DNA of 64,000 nt from Actinomycetota bacterium. GTDB lineage: Bacteria > Actinomycetota > UBA4738 > JBBDHU01. The position numbers were made by a program, and so were the translations under genes. Below are positions 9,151-20,000 of this stretch, piece after piece. The stretch lies in NCBI GenBank assembly GCA_040880705.1, contig JBBDHU010000007.1, positions 137,246 through 201,245 of the forward strand, in the 5' to 3' direction. Under the pieces are notes generated by a model, which worked only from the letters and a program-made list of their open reading frames with translations, was not told the DNA's origin and did no database searches. The number at the start of each line of letters is the position of its first letter. Position 1 is the first letter of the stretch.

Positions 9151-10119
9151 GTGGATCGCTCGACCGAGGACTGGCAGCGGGTAGGTGAGCTTTTCGGCGC
9201 CATCCAATCGAACGTCGAGCGCGTCATCCAGGGCAAGACAACCGAAGTCCACCTCGCGCTCGTAGGCCTTCTTGCGGAAGGTCATCTGCTGATCGAGGAC
9301 GTTCCGGGCGTGGGCAAGACCATGCTCGCGAAGGCAATCGCGCGCACCATCGACTGCTCGTTCCGGCGTATCCAGTTCACGCCCGACTTGCTCCCGATCG
9401 ATGTCACGGGCGTCAACGTCTTCAATCAGGAACGCGGCGACTTCGAGTTCAAGCCCGGCGCGATCTTCGCGAACATCGTCCTGGCCGACGAGATCAACCG
9501 CGGCAGCCCGAAGACGCAGTCGGCACTTCTCGAGTGCATGGAGGAACGACAGGTGACGGTCGACGGCGTAACTCACCCCTTGGGGTCACCGTTCGTCATC
9601 ATCGCCACGCAAAATCCCATCGAACATGAGGGAACCTATCCCTTGCCCGAGGCCCAGCTGGACCGTTTCATGATGCGCATAGCGCTCGGATACCCGGACG
9701 CCCAGGCCGAGGCAGAGATACTCGCGACACACGGCATCTCTTCGACATTGGACTCGCTGGAGCCGGTCGCCGATGCTCCTACGATCGCATCGATGGCATC
9801 CTCGACGAGAGGCGTTCACGTCGCGCCGGCACTCCACTCGTACATAGTGGAGATCGGCGAAGCAACCAGGAGACATCCCGACCTCTACCTCGGGGCAAGT
9901 CCCAGGGCGTCGATCATGCTGCTGCGGGCATCGCGCGCTGCCGCCGCGGCCGAGGGCCGCGACTATGTGACGCCCGACGACATCAAGGGCCTGGCGACAG
10001 CCGTCTTGTCCCATCGCCTCCTGCTTACTGCAGACGCTGTGATGAGTGGGCGATCGATCACGCCGATCCTGCAAGAACTGCTGGAAGAGGTACCCGTTCC
10101 AGTTACCGGATCGACCTGA
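9151..10119 (+). CDS. moxR: MoxR-family AAA+ ATPase
   Basis: Motifs EDVPGVGKT, RIQFTPDLLP, LADEINR and LPEAQLDRF. Confidence 0.94.
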   Translation: MDRSTEDWQRVGELFGAIQSNVERVIQGKTTEVHLALVGLLAEGHLLIEDVPGVGKTMLAKAIARTIDCSFRRIQFTPDLLPIDVTGVNVFNQERGDFEFKPGAIFANIVLADEINRGSPKTQSALLECMEERQVTVDGVTHPLGSPFVIIATQNPIEHEGTYPLPEAQLDRFMMRIALGYPDAQAEAEILATHGISSTLDSLEPVADAPTIASMASSTRGVHVAPALHSYIVEIGEATRRHPDLYLGASPRASIMLLRASRAAAAAEGRDYVTPDDIKGLATAVLSHRLLLTADAVMSGRSITPILQELLEEVPVPVTGST

Positions 10120-11354
10120 TGCCGCGAGCCCGCGGCTCCGCATTGCTCGCCGCCGGGATATCGCTCTTGGCCGTTGCACGGCTGTTCGGTTCGCCCACGA
10201 TGTTCACGCTCGGTGCCGGGCTCGTCGCCCTGCCCCTCGTCGCCACGCTCCAAAACCGCCTGAGCCGCACCCGCCTTTCGGCCGCCCGACGGCTGTCGGC
10301 GTCGAGCGTCACGGTCGGGGAACCGGTGAAGGTCGAGATCGAGGTGGAAAATGGGTCGGTTGCGGCGTCCGGGGTCTTGCTCATCGAGGACGGCGCCCCC
10401 GAGGCCCTCGGTAACCCGGCCCGCTTGGTCCTATCCGGAGTACCGGCCAGGCGAAAGAAGCGCATCGCCTACAGCATCACGCCTTCCACCAGAGGCAGGT
10501 TCGAGGTTGGCCCGCTTCAGATCGAAACTTCTGATTCCTTCTTCCTGACCAGAGGCCGACTTCGATTCGAGGACATGTCCCGCCTCGTCGTCAAGCCAGC
10601 CGTCGAGCCTTTGAGAGCGGAGGCCGGGCGTTCATTCGGCGCCGGCGGCGAGGGATCCTCCGGGCTGCCGTTCAGATCCTCAGAGGAATTCTGGACCATT
10701 CGCGAGTACCAGATCGGCGACGACCTTCGTCGTATTCACTGGAGAAGCGTGGCGCGAAGTGGGAAGCTTATGATCCGCCAGGACGAGGCCGCCAGTACGC
10801 CCTCCACGACGATCCTTCTCGACACACGGAACTCAGCCTTAGGACGGTCCGGCTCACCCGGATTCGAGAGAGCCGTGTCGGCGGCCGCTTCCGTTGCGAT
10901 TCACATGCTTCGAAGCGGATTCTCTTTGCGGGTCGCCACCACCGAATCGGATCCGGAAACAGTGGATGACTCCACGGCCCTGGAGATACTTGCCGGTCTC
11001 CAGGACTCCCCTTCATCGTCCTTGCTCCCCCGGCTCGAACGAATTCGCCGTGGTACCGGTGCCGGGTCGGCTTTCATAGTGGTCACTGCACCTCCCACAC
11101 CCCCTGAAATTGCGGAGCTTTCACGCGCGGCGAGCGACTTCGCTCCCAGGACCGCCGTTCTCGTCTACCCGGCAGACCTTCAAAGCCTCTCGCCGGGGGC
11201 ACGGGAGACGCTCCGCGGGCGGGCGTCCGTTGCGGAGCGATCGCTTTCTCGGGCGGGATGGAGCGTATTCGTCATCGGGCCTTCGGATCGGCTGAGGGAC
11301 ATATGGAAAACAAGAACAAAGGGACTTCCGGCGGCGGCCGGCTCGTTGCGGTAG
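10119..11354 (+). CDS. DUF58 domain protein
   Basis: REYQIGDDLRRIHWRSVAR; follows moxR with a TGATG overlap. Confidence 0.9.
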   Translation: MPRARGSALLAAGISLLAVARLFGSPTMFTLGAGLVALPLVATLQNRLSRTRLSAARRLSASSVTVGEPVKVEIEVENGSVAASGVLLIEDGAPEALGNPARLVLSGVPARRKKRIAYSITPSTRGRFEVGPLQIETSDSFFLTRGRLRFEDMSRLVVKPAVEPLRAEAGRSFGAGGEGSSGLPFRSSEEFWTIREYQIGDDLRRIHWRSVARSGKLMIRQDEAASTPSTTILLDTRNSALGRSGSPGFERAVSAAASVAIHMLRSGFSLRVATTESDPETVDDSTALEILAGLQDSPSSSLLPRLERIRRGTGAGSAFIVVTAPPTPPEIAELSRAASDFAPRTAVLVYPADLQSLSPGARETLRGRASVAERSLSRAGWSVFVIGPSDRLRDIWKTRTKGLPAAAGSLR

Positions 11355-13615
11355 CCGCGGTTTCGCTCCTCTCCGGGGCTGCGGCCCTCGCGCTGGGCCG
11401 CGTGTTTACCGGAAGCGTTCCCGCACTGAAACTAGTCGGTGCGGCGCTGGCGTCGGTCGTGCTGGCGGGGCTTCTTCAACGGAGATCGCTCGCGCCAGCG
11501 CTCGGCGCGGCCGCAGGGGGGTTCGTCGTCGTTGCCGGCATCCTCGTGTTCCCGGAGACGACCTGGGCCGGGATACCCCGCGTCCAAACCCTGGCGCGAA
11601 TTCTCGCCGCGATAGGCGAGGCCAATACGGAGGCCCGCAACAGGATCGCCCCGGCCTTCCCGGTGGCTCCTCTATTGACGGTTGCACTCTTCGCCGTGTG
11701 GGGAGCCTCGTTCGCGAGCCACGCACTGCTGGTACGAGCCTCGAGGCCGGTGCTGGCCCTCGTTCCGCCGGCAGGACTCGCTGCGTTCGCGGACTCTGCC
11801 ATCGGGCCGGTACCCAGGCCTTCCTACGCGATTCTCCTACTCGCCGGCGCAATGGCCGTCGTCTTCGCCGGCAACTTCATCCGGATCCTTCGCTGGGGGC
11901 GGAAAGGGGAATCGGACGGATTTCGTTGGCGCTCCTCGGCGCAGGGAGCCGCGCGCGCGGGGGCGGCGGCGATTGGCATCGCCCTCATCGCGCCGGTTTT
12001 CATTCCCGGTTACGGATCTAGCCCTGTGCTGCAACCGGAAACCGGCTTTGGATCGGCGCGCGTCGACCCCAAGGTCTCGCTCGGCTCCACACTGCCGCCC
12101 CAGTCGGAGGTACCACTCTTTTCGGTGACGGCAGTGCGTCCCGCGTACTGGCGCATCGAGTCCCTGGACGCATTCGACGGGCTGGCATGGTCGAGCTCGC
12201 GTGACGATTCCGACGGACGGATGATCACCACTTCGAACGAGCCCGTCCGGCTGGGAGCGAGTGCAGACGAAGAACTGACCCTTCGTCAGGATGTGCGCAT
12301 CGCTCAGATGGAGTCGAGATGGCTGCCGATGGCGTTCGAGGCGGCCACGTTACGCGTGGACGAGGGAACGGTTACGTACGACGCGGAGGCCGGCACCGCC
12401 TCTGCCTCACAAAGCCTGCCGGGCGGATATCGGTACACCGTGGTGTCGACGCTGCATGCCCCCACCGCGCGGGATTTGGATCTGGCTGCGGATCCCACAG
12501 CGCCGGCGGCGCGGGCGGCGGCGGGGATCTCTCCCGGCGTCTACGAGCAATACACGAGGCTTCCGCGGCCGTTACCGGGAAGTATCGAGGAACTGACGCA
12601 GCGGATCACGGAAGACCAGCCGAATCCGTACCGAAAGATGATCGCCATCCAGGACTACCTGAGGGAGAATCTTGTCTTCGACGAGACACTCGAGGAGGTT
12701 CCGGCCGATAGGGATCCCCTCGTGTACTTCCTGACCGAATCCCGTCGCGGATTCTGTCAACAATTCGCCGGTGCGATGGCGGCGATGGCCCGGACGCTCG
12801 GCTACCCGTCCCGCGTCGCTTACGGGTTTCTGCCGGGCGTCGAACTCGGCAACGACACCTGGCAAGTCAGCGCGGCCGAGACTCATGTGTGGCCGGAGAT
12901 ACTGTTTCCCGACTACGGCTGGATTGCTTTCGAACCCACACCGACGCGAAGCAACCCCGTTCCCTCCCAGTACCTGCAACCTCCCCCATATCACGACCCC
13001 TCGTGCGGACCCCGGTGCCGTCTCCAGGAAGCTGCCACAGCCGCCCGACGCGAGCAGCAGGTTGTCGCGCAAGCTCCCGACCGGACGCCGCGACGCACCG
13101 AGCCGGATGAACGGGGCGAGATGACGAACTCTCCGAGTGGCCCTCGGCTCTTACCCATCGCTCTCGTGCTGCTCGGAATCGCCGCTTTCGCGCTCGTGGC
13201 CTGGCCGCCCGCGAGGTTCATGGTTCGGCGCGCACGTTTGGCCGGTGCGCGAGACGATAGGTCGAGGATTCTCGCGCACTACCGGATGTTCGAATCGAAG
13301 GCGGCGGATCTCGGCTTCGGACGCCTTCCAGGCCAGACGATTGCGGAGCACGAAAAGCAACTAAGCGGTGGACTCTCGGAGTCCGATCGCTTCGGCGAAC
13401 TGGTGTCGCTCGCCGCGTACTCCCCTCAGAGCGTGGGCCGCGCCGATTCCGCGGAGGCTCGGAAACTGACGGCAGCGGCTGCCAGGAGACTGAGGGAACG
13501 CTCATCGATAGCGGTCCGCGTCCGCGGCGCATACCGGCTAAGGAATTCTCAGCTCCCCGTGCGGGCCTCTCGCGCCGCGTCGTTCAACGCGCGAATGAAA
13601 CGTTCTCGGTCCTGA
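11303..13615 (+). CDS. Membrane transglutaminase-like protein (TgpA/DUF3488 type)
   Basis: Multiple N-terminal TM helices; GFCQQFA (catalytic Cys), HVWPE and WIAFEPTP. Confidence 0.88.
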   Translation: MENKNKGTSGGGRLVAVAAVSLLSGAAALALGRVFTGSVPALKLVGAALASVVLAGLLQRRSLAPALGAAAGGFVVVAGILVFPETTWAGIPRVQTLARILAAIGEANTEARNRIAPAFPVAPLLTVALFAVWGASFASHALLVRASRPVLALVPPAGLAAFADSAIGPVPRPSYAILLLAGAMAVVFAGNFIRILRWGRKGESDGFRWRSSAQGAARAGAAAIGIALIAPVFIPGYGSSPVLQPETGFGSARVDPKVSLGSTLPPQSEVPLFSVTAVRPAYWRIESLDAFDGLAWSSSRDDSDGRMITTSNEPVRLGASADEELTLRQDVRIAQMESRWLPMAFEAATLRVDEGTVTYDAEAGTASASQSLPGGYRYTVVSTLHAPTARDLDLAADPTAPAARAAAGISPGVYEQYTRLPRPLPGSIEELTQRITEDQPNPYRKMIAIQDYLRENLVFDETLEEVPADRDPLVYFLTESRRGFCQQFAGAMAAMARTLGYPSRVAYGFLPGVELGNDTWQVSAAETHVWPEILFPDYGWIAFEPTPTRSNPVPSQYLQPPPYHDPSCGPRCRLQEAATAARREQQVVAQAPDRTPRRTEPDERGEMTNSPSGPRLLPIALVLLGIAAFALVAWPPARFMVRRARLAGARDDRSRILAHYRMFESKAADLGFGRLPGQTIAEHEKQLSGGLSESDRFGELVSLAAYSPQSVGRADSAEARKLTAAAARRLRERSSIAVRVRGAYRLRNSQLPVRASRAASFNARMKRSRS

Positions 13616-14031
13616 CGGAACTCGGCAACGTTGTCCTGAACCCCGCGGGCGAGTTCGTCGATTGCGACGAAGAACGCCATCTGTCCCTCCCGCAGAGCAT
13701 CGAGAACTTCCCCGTCTCGGCGGCACACTTTGAAGATGCTCTGACCGTCCGTGACGAGCTTGACGTCCGAAAGATGCCGGCCGAGCCCGGCCCTTTGGTT
13801 GAGGAAGTTCCACGCCCGGCGCACCCTCTGCAGCGACATCCCGCCGTCGAGCAAGGATTTCACCACGCGCATGGCGACCAGGTCTCTGAACGAATACATC
13901 CGTGGAACGCCCGGCCGGCCCCCGGTCCCCTGAACCGACGGTTCTATCAGACCAATCTGATCCCAGTAGCGAAGTTGCCGCGCGGTACACCCCGTGAACT
14001 TAGAAGCTTGATGGGCAGTAAACCCCTCCAT
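13549..14031 (-). CDS. MerR-family transcriptional regulator
   Basis: TARQLRYWDQIGLIEPS...RMYSFRDL HTH motif, of the actinobacterial Rv1830-like type. Confidence 0.88.
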   Translation of the reverse strand: MEGFTAHQASKFTGCTARQLRYWDQIGLIEPSVQGTGGRPGVPRMYSFRDLVAMRVVKSLLDGGMSLQRVRRAWNFLNQRAGLGRHLSDVKLVTDGQSIFKVCRRDGEVLDALREGQMAFFVAIDELARGVQDNVAEFRQDRERFIRALNDAAREARTGS

Positions 14032-14194
14032 ACGACGCACTCCCGACAGACGATTGCCACCAAAAACCGCAACTCGCCGGTGGGAAGGGCAGCTGCTGCT
14101 AGGTCAGCGCCGCCGGCGTAAGGGAAGGCATGCCCTTTCTATCCCGCGCGGAGCGACATGCGCAAGACCCGAACGGCTTAATCCGCGGAAAAAA

Positions 14195-14560
14195 TTATTC
14201 GGCCGGCGGGCGTTCTCCCCGGAAGCGGCTGGTCAGCCGCGCCAGGAAGCCGGGAAGCGTGCGCCCTTCCCTCGACATCGATCGGAGCTGGTCCTGGCCG
14301 ATTCTCTTGAGATCGCGGTAAACGACCAGGGCGGAGGTGAGCATTACGGCGAATCCGATAAGTGCGATCCATATGGAAACGAAGAAAAGCGCGAGCATCG
14401 CCAATCCGGCAATGAATGCCAGCGTAGCCCGGCGAACCCGCCGCGCCAGGTGCGAATAAAGTGAGGTCCTGGCAACCTGGTCTGCGAGCCGGGGATCGTC
14501 TTCGGCCAGGCGGCGTTCGATGTCCTCGAGAATGCGCTGTTCGTAGTCGGAAAGCGGCAT
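14195..14560 (-). CDS. DUF3040 family membrane protein
   Basis: MPLSDYEQRILEDIERRLAEDDP followed by two TM helices. Confidence 0.85.
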   Translation of the reverse strand: MPLSDYEQRILEDIERRLAEDDPRLADQVARTSLYSHLARRVRRATLAFIAGLAMLALFFVSIWIALIGFAVMLTSALVVYRDLKRIGQDQLRSMSREGRTLPGFLARLTSRFRGERPPAE

Positions 14561-14588
14561 TACGCCCCCTGCTTGGTTCCAGCGACCA

Positions 14589-15803
14589 TTATAGGAACCT
14601 TCCTGAATCCGGTGCAGGGGCATCCTCAACCCCGCGGTCCTCGGAGTCCAGCAAGGCGGCGGGTACCGCAGAACCCTTGCCGAAACGCCGTTCGATTCGA
14701 TCCACGGTTCGTTCTACGTCGCCCCATCTGCTGCTTCGAAGAAGCGCAAGCTGCTCGTCACCCGCAGGGACTAGTCCGGTCGCCTGCACACCGAGCAGCC
14801 GAATCCTGCGCCGCCTGCCGGGGAGCGCCCGGAAGAGATCCTTGGCGACGGCGTACATGTCCGCGGCCGTGTCGGTCGCCCGGGGCAACGTACGCGACCT
14901 CGTGAGTGTGGTGAAGTTCGCCAAACGGGCCTTCAGCACGATCGTGCGCGCCCGGTAGCCGGCCTTCCTGAGCCTCGCCCCCACGCGCCCGGAAAGGGCA
15001 AGGATCTTTCGAAGAAGCGCCTCCTCGTCGTCGATATCCTGGCCGAAAGTCATCTCGTGGCCGACGGACTTCGGGGCCTCGTATGGGACCACCCGCCTGT
15101 CGTCTTCCCCGCGGGACAAGGCGATGAGTCCCGCGGCTTGAAGGTCGCCGAGCATCCTCGCCAGGATGGACTCCGGAACCCGCCCGAGATCCGCGACGGT
15201 TCGAATGGCCATCCTCTGGAGCAATTCGGTGGTTTTCTCGCCGACGCCCCAGAGCGCGCCTACGGGCAGTGGCTCGAGGAAGGCCTCCACGCCACCGGCC
15301 GGGACCAAAAGGAGTCCGTCCGGCTTGGCCTGCTCGGATGCAAGCTTCGCGAGGAACTTGTTGGGCGCCACGCCCACGGAGCAGGTCACGCCGAGTTCGC
15401 CGCTCACCTGCGTCCTTATCCGCTCCCCTATCTCCGCCGGCTGCCCGAAGAGCGTGGTCGCCCCTCCGGCATCCACGAACGCCTCATCGAGTGATATCCA
15501 TTCCACCAACGGCGAGTACGACAGGAGGATCTCGCGGAACCGGTTCGAATGGGTTTTGTACGCCTCGAAATCGGGCGCCACGAAGATCGCGTCGGGACAG
15601 AGGCGCCTGGCGCGGACCACCGGCATGGCGGAGGTGATGCCGAACTTCCGGGCCTCGTACGAGGCGGAGGTAACCACACCGCGCGAACCCGTTCCGCCGA
15701 CGACGACCGGCTTGCCGGAAAGGGAAGGATTCTTTCGGATCTCCACCGAAGCGTAGAACGCATCCAAGTCGACGTGCAGAATCGGCTCGAGAGGTCTAGA
15801 CAT
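14589..15803 (-). CDS. dinB: DNA polymerase IV (Y-family)
   Basis: HVDLDAFYA, SYEAR and SLDEAF catalytic motifs intact; C-terminal clamp-binding-like QLALL. Confidence 0.95.
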   Translation of the reverse strand: MSRPLEPILHVDLDAFYASVEIRKNPSLSGKPVVVGGTGSRGVVTSASYEARKFGITSAMPVVRARRLCPDAIFVAPDFEAYKTHSNRFREILLSYSPLVEWISLDEAFVDAGGATTLFGQPAEIGERIRTQVSGELGVTCSVGVAPNKFLAKLASEQAKPDGLLLVPAGGVEAFLEPLPVGALWGVGEKTTELLQRMAIRTVADLGRVPESILARMLGDLQAAGLIALSRGEDDRRVVPYEAPKSVGHEMTFGQDIDDEEALLRKILALSGRVGARLRKAGYRARTIVLKARLANFTTLTRSRTLPRATDTAADMYAVAKDLFRALPGRRRRIRLLGVQATGLVPAGDEQLALLRSSRWGDVERTVDRIERRFGKGSAVPAALLDSEDRGVEDAPAPDSGRFL

Positions 15804-17067
15804 CTGTCCGTCGCCGAAGCCTGGATACGGCGCGCAAGCCGAGCAAACCGACGAGTACCATCGCGCTTGCGATACCGATTAGGACCGCCTGGACGAGATC
15901 GTCGGGCAGCCCGACGATGACGATCAGCGTCGATCCTAGGAGAGCCATCAGTTCCTGCAACGAGAGCAATACACCCGAAACACGGCCCTGTTCGTCTTCA
16001 CCGACCACACGTTGCACCAGCGCGAGCGCCGGTGGATAGAAGAATGCCAGACCGGCGCCGATCAACGCCGCTCCGGGAAACGCCACCTGATAGATGCCGA
16101 AGCCCGAGTAGATCAGAAGGCCGATCCCGGACGCGGCAACACCGCCGCCGACGAGCGCGAGTTCCTTGCCCGCTCCTCTCTTTATCCGTGACACCGAATA
16201 CGAGCCCAGGATCGCACCGGCGCCATGCGCGGCCCAAAGGTAGAGAACCGCTGCGTCGCCGCGGTGGAGAACGTGCCGTACGTACAGAGGTTCGAGTACG
16301 AAGAACGCATTGAAGACCATCCATCCCACGGCCGTGACGAATAGCAGCAAGCGAAGCTCAGGATGATTCCATGACGTCCGCAATCCTTGCGAGAATCCGG
16401 AGAGCGCGATCTCGGGACGCTCACCCTGCTGACGGATATCGGGCATCGAGGTGGCGATCGCGGCCGCGAGGAGCGTTATTGCGATCGCAGAACCATAGAC
16501 CACGCCGTGGTCGAAGTGATCAATGAGCACGCCGCCCAGCAGCGAACCCGAGAGGATCGTGATCTGGAACGCGAGTGCAAGCACGCCGTTCGCGCGGATC
16601 AGATCACGCTGGGGTATGAGCAATGCCGTGAGAGACGAACGCGACGGCTCGAGAGATGCCCAGCCGAGTCCTACCAGGAACGACGAGCCGTACATCCAGG
16701 TGAGAGACGGTGCGTACCAGCCTAGAGCCGCCGCCCCGCCGAGCGTCAGGATCCCGGCGACGTACACCCACTTCGGGCTCCATCGATCGACGACCATCCC
16801 CTGGAGTACCGTCCCGAGCACGAACGGCAGGGAGAGCGACACGCCGAGCAGGGCGAGCTGGCGAGTCGTCGCCCCCTGCTCGAAGGTAGCGGAGGTGATG
16901 AGCGCGCCGTAGAAGGCCCACAGAGCGAGGTTCGAGGTCGCATGTGCCAGCACGAGCCGGCGAAACGGTTTGTTGCGGAGTAGTCTGACGTCGCCGAGCG
17001 CCTCCTGCTCCAGGAGGTCTTGAGCGCCCCGCTCGCTTCCCGCGCCGCCCGGCTCGTCCGTTCGCAC
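15796..17067 (-). CDS. MFS transporter (H+ antiporter/macrolide-efflux-like)
   Basis: About 12 hydrophobic segments; GMVVDRW and QGRVSG motif-A-like loops. Start (GTG 17067 or 17076) uncertain. Confidence 0.85.
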   Translation of the reverse strand: MRTDEPGGAGSERGAQDLLEQEALGDVRLLRNKPFRRLVLAHATSNLALWAFYGALITSATFEQGATTRQLALLGVSLSLPFVLGTVLQGMVVDRWSPKWVYVAGILTLGGAAALGWYAPSLTWMYGSSFLVGLGWASLEPSRSSLTALLIPQRDLIRANGVLALAFQITILSGSLLGGVLIDHFDHGVVYGSAIAITLLAAAIATSMPDIRQQGERPEIALSGFSQGLRTSWNHPELRLLLFVTAVGWMVFNAFFVLEPLYVRHVLHRGDAAVLYLWAAHGAGAILGSYSVSRIKRGAGKELALVGGGVAASGIGLLIYSGFGIYQVAFPGAALIGAGLAFFYPPALALVQRVVGEDEQGRVSGVLLSLQELMALLGSTLIVIVGLPDDLVQAVLIGIASAMVLVGLLGLRAVSRLRRRTDV

Positions 17068-17086
17068 CGTTCTCACAGTATCCCGC

Positions 17087-20000
17087 TCACGCGCCGGCCG
17101 AGCCCGGGCTCGAGTGCCAGAGTTTTCGCGGGGCGGCCCCGAATGAAGGGCCTCCCTCAGCCAGGGCTTGCTGCAACTTCCCTTCACGCCGGGCCTTGTG
17201 CAAGGCCACGAGATCCCAAACATCCTCGGCGACTACGCTCACTCCCCCGACTCCCGATCGCCGCAAGCGGCCCCAGACCGCAAGGACGTACGAATGAAAA
17301 ACCGTTCGTGCGCATTTCGGCTGGACCCGCTCGAAAACCGTTACGTCCACGGGCCCAGTCGCGTCGTCGAGCGTCAGGAAGATGATTCGCTGGCCGCTTC
17401 GAACCGCAGGCGTCTGGGATGCGACCTTGACGCCGGCTACCATCACCCACTCGTCGTTCTTGTGTGCGCGCAGCTCCTGAGAACGTATGACGCCGAGGTC
17501 TTCCATCACTCCTTCGAAGAACGACAACAGGTGCCGGGATGCATCGAGCCCGAGAACCTCCAGTTCCGCGCGAACCTTCTCGGCATCCGTGTATTCCGGC
17601 AACGACCATCGGGACGACGGGAGTTGCTCCTCATCGAAATTCAGCGAGAGCTGGTCGCCCTCGCGTTGCGGGTCCGTCGTCTTTGTCTCGAACCACCGGT
17701 CGCGGCGCGTGCCGGCGCCGAGCGAGTCGAATCCCCCGGCGTGCGCTATCGCTTCGCACACCGGCTGCGAAACCGTTGCTCTCCTCATGAAGTCTCCGGC
17801 GTCGGCGAACGGCCGCTCGGCCCGGGATTCGAGTATCGAGCGAATCTCGGCATCCGAGATCCCATGGACGTCGTTGAGCGCAAGCCGAATGCCGTAGGGG
17901 TGATCCGATGAAGGACGGCCGGGTTCGGGCCGGCCACCAAGGTCGATCTCCTCGACGACGTATTCGGGCTCGCTCTTGTTGACGTCGAGGGGAAGGATCT
18001 CGATGCCGTGTTCGCGAGCGTCCTCGAGGATCAACCGGCGCGGGTACATCCCGGGGTCGTGCGTCAAAATTCCCGCCAGGAAGTGCGCCGGCCAGTGCGC
18101 CTTCAGATACGCCGATTGATAGGTCGGAACGGCGAACGCGGCTGCATGTGCCTTACAGAATCCGAACGAAGCGAACTGCGCGACGTTGTTCCACACCGGT
18201 TCCGCGACCTCCTCGGGGATCCCGCGTTCTTCGGCACGTGAAAGGAAATCCTCACGCAAAGCGGGCAACTCATCGTCGTCGCCCAGTCGCCGGCGGATCG
18301 CGTCTGCTTCGGCCAGGTCGTAGCCACCGATCGCGGCGAGCGTTCGCATGACCTGCTCGTGGTAGACGATCACCCCGTAGGTCTCCTGCAACCCCGGACG
18401 AAGCGAAGGATGCGCGTACTCAGGGATCTGCATCCCGTGGCGGCGTTTCAAGAACGGCGTGATCATGTCCGACTTCACAGGGCCGGGCCGGAACAAAGAG
18501 ATGTCGATGATCAGGTCCTCCCACTTGTCCGGCTGAAGCTTCTGGAGCAACTCGCGCTGTCCCGGCGACTCGATCTGAAAACATCCGAGCGTGTCGGAGG
18601 AACGGATCAGCTCGAAAGCCGGCCGGTCGTCGAGTGGGATCTCCCCGAGATCCACCTTGTGTGCTTCGGTCCGCGCGATCTCGTCGAGACAGTGACGCAT
18701 CGACGAAAGCATCCGCACGCCGAGGACGTCCAGTTTGAGATAGCCGAGCAGTTCGACGTCGTCCTTGTCGGCCTGGATCATCCGGTATCCCTGGAACGAC
18801 CGTTCGAGAGGAACGCGCGTCACCAGCTCATGGTTCGACAGCACGATCCCGCTGGGGTGCAACGCGATGTGGCGGGGAAATCCGTCGAGTCGCTCGGCCA
18901 CATGGAAAAGCATCTCGAGCTGTCCGGCGTTCAGATTGGATCCGGCCAGCTCCGGCAGGTGCTCGATCGCTTCTCTTAAGTGCCTCGCCCCGATGTGCGG
19001 GAACGCCTTCGCCACGACACCGACCTCCGTCTCGGGCAATCCAAGCGCCTTGCCGACCTCGCGGACGGCAGCGCGCGCCCGGTAGGTGTCGATCATCGCG
19101 ACGCAGGCCGCGCGCTCGTCGCCGTAGCGCGACAGAACCATGTCGTACACGTCCTCGCGGCGAGCCGACTCTACGTCTACGTCGATATCGGGCAGCTCGT
19201 CGCGCAGCGGGTTCAGAAACCGTTCGAACACCAGGTTGTGACGAACGGGATCGACGTCGGAGATACCTGTCAGGTAACAAACGAGCGACCCTGCGGCGCT
19301 TCCGCGGCAGGCGCAACGGACCCCCATCGCCTTCACGTCGGCGACGATGTCGGCGACCGTCAGGAAGTAAGCCGAGTAGCCCATCTTGTGAATCATCGCC
19401 AGCTCGAGGTCGAGGCGATCGCGAACTTCGCGCACCGGCTTCATCCCGCGCTCTTCCAACCCGCGCCAGCAGCGCTCGGCCAGTACCGACGACGCCGAGC
19501 GCCCCCGCTGGGTCGGGAATTCCGGAAAGTGCACATTCTTCAAGCCGAGATCGAACTCGCATGACTCGGCGATTTCGAGCGTTGCGTCGCAAAGGTCCGG
19601 GCGCTCCGCGAACAGCGAGCGCATCTCGCGCGCGGACTTCAGATATCCCTCTGCGTTGATCCGGCTGACGTTGTTAACGGCAACCGGGACGATCTCGCGC
19701 ATGCACTCGAGCGCGTCGGCGAGGTATGCGTCCTCGTGAACCAAGTACCGGACCCGGTTCGTGGCGGCGGCACGGGCATCGGCTCGTTCGGCCAGATGGA
19801 GCATCGCGCGGACCTCTGCCGGTGAGTCCCGCTCGAACCTGTGTTCCACGGCGATGAAACATCGCCGGCCGAACGCCTCACGGAACGGGGAGATCGCTTC
19901 GCATGCAGCATCCAGCCGCCCGGCAACGGCGTCCGAACCCGGCGGCGAATCGGGTCCCAGCAGCGCGACTAAGCCATCGGCATGTGCACAGACCTGACTG

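Noticed and set aside
9151-13615. MoxR-DUF58-transglutaminase as a novel system
   Set aside because: A widespread triad commonly found next to mraZ in actinobacteria.
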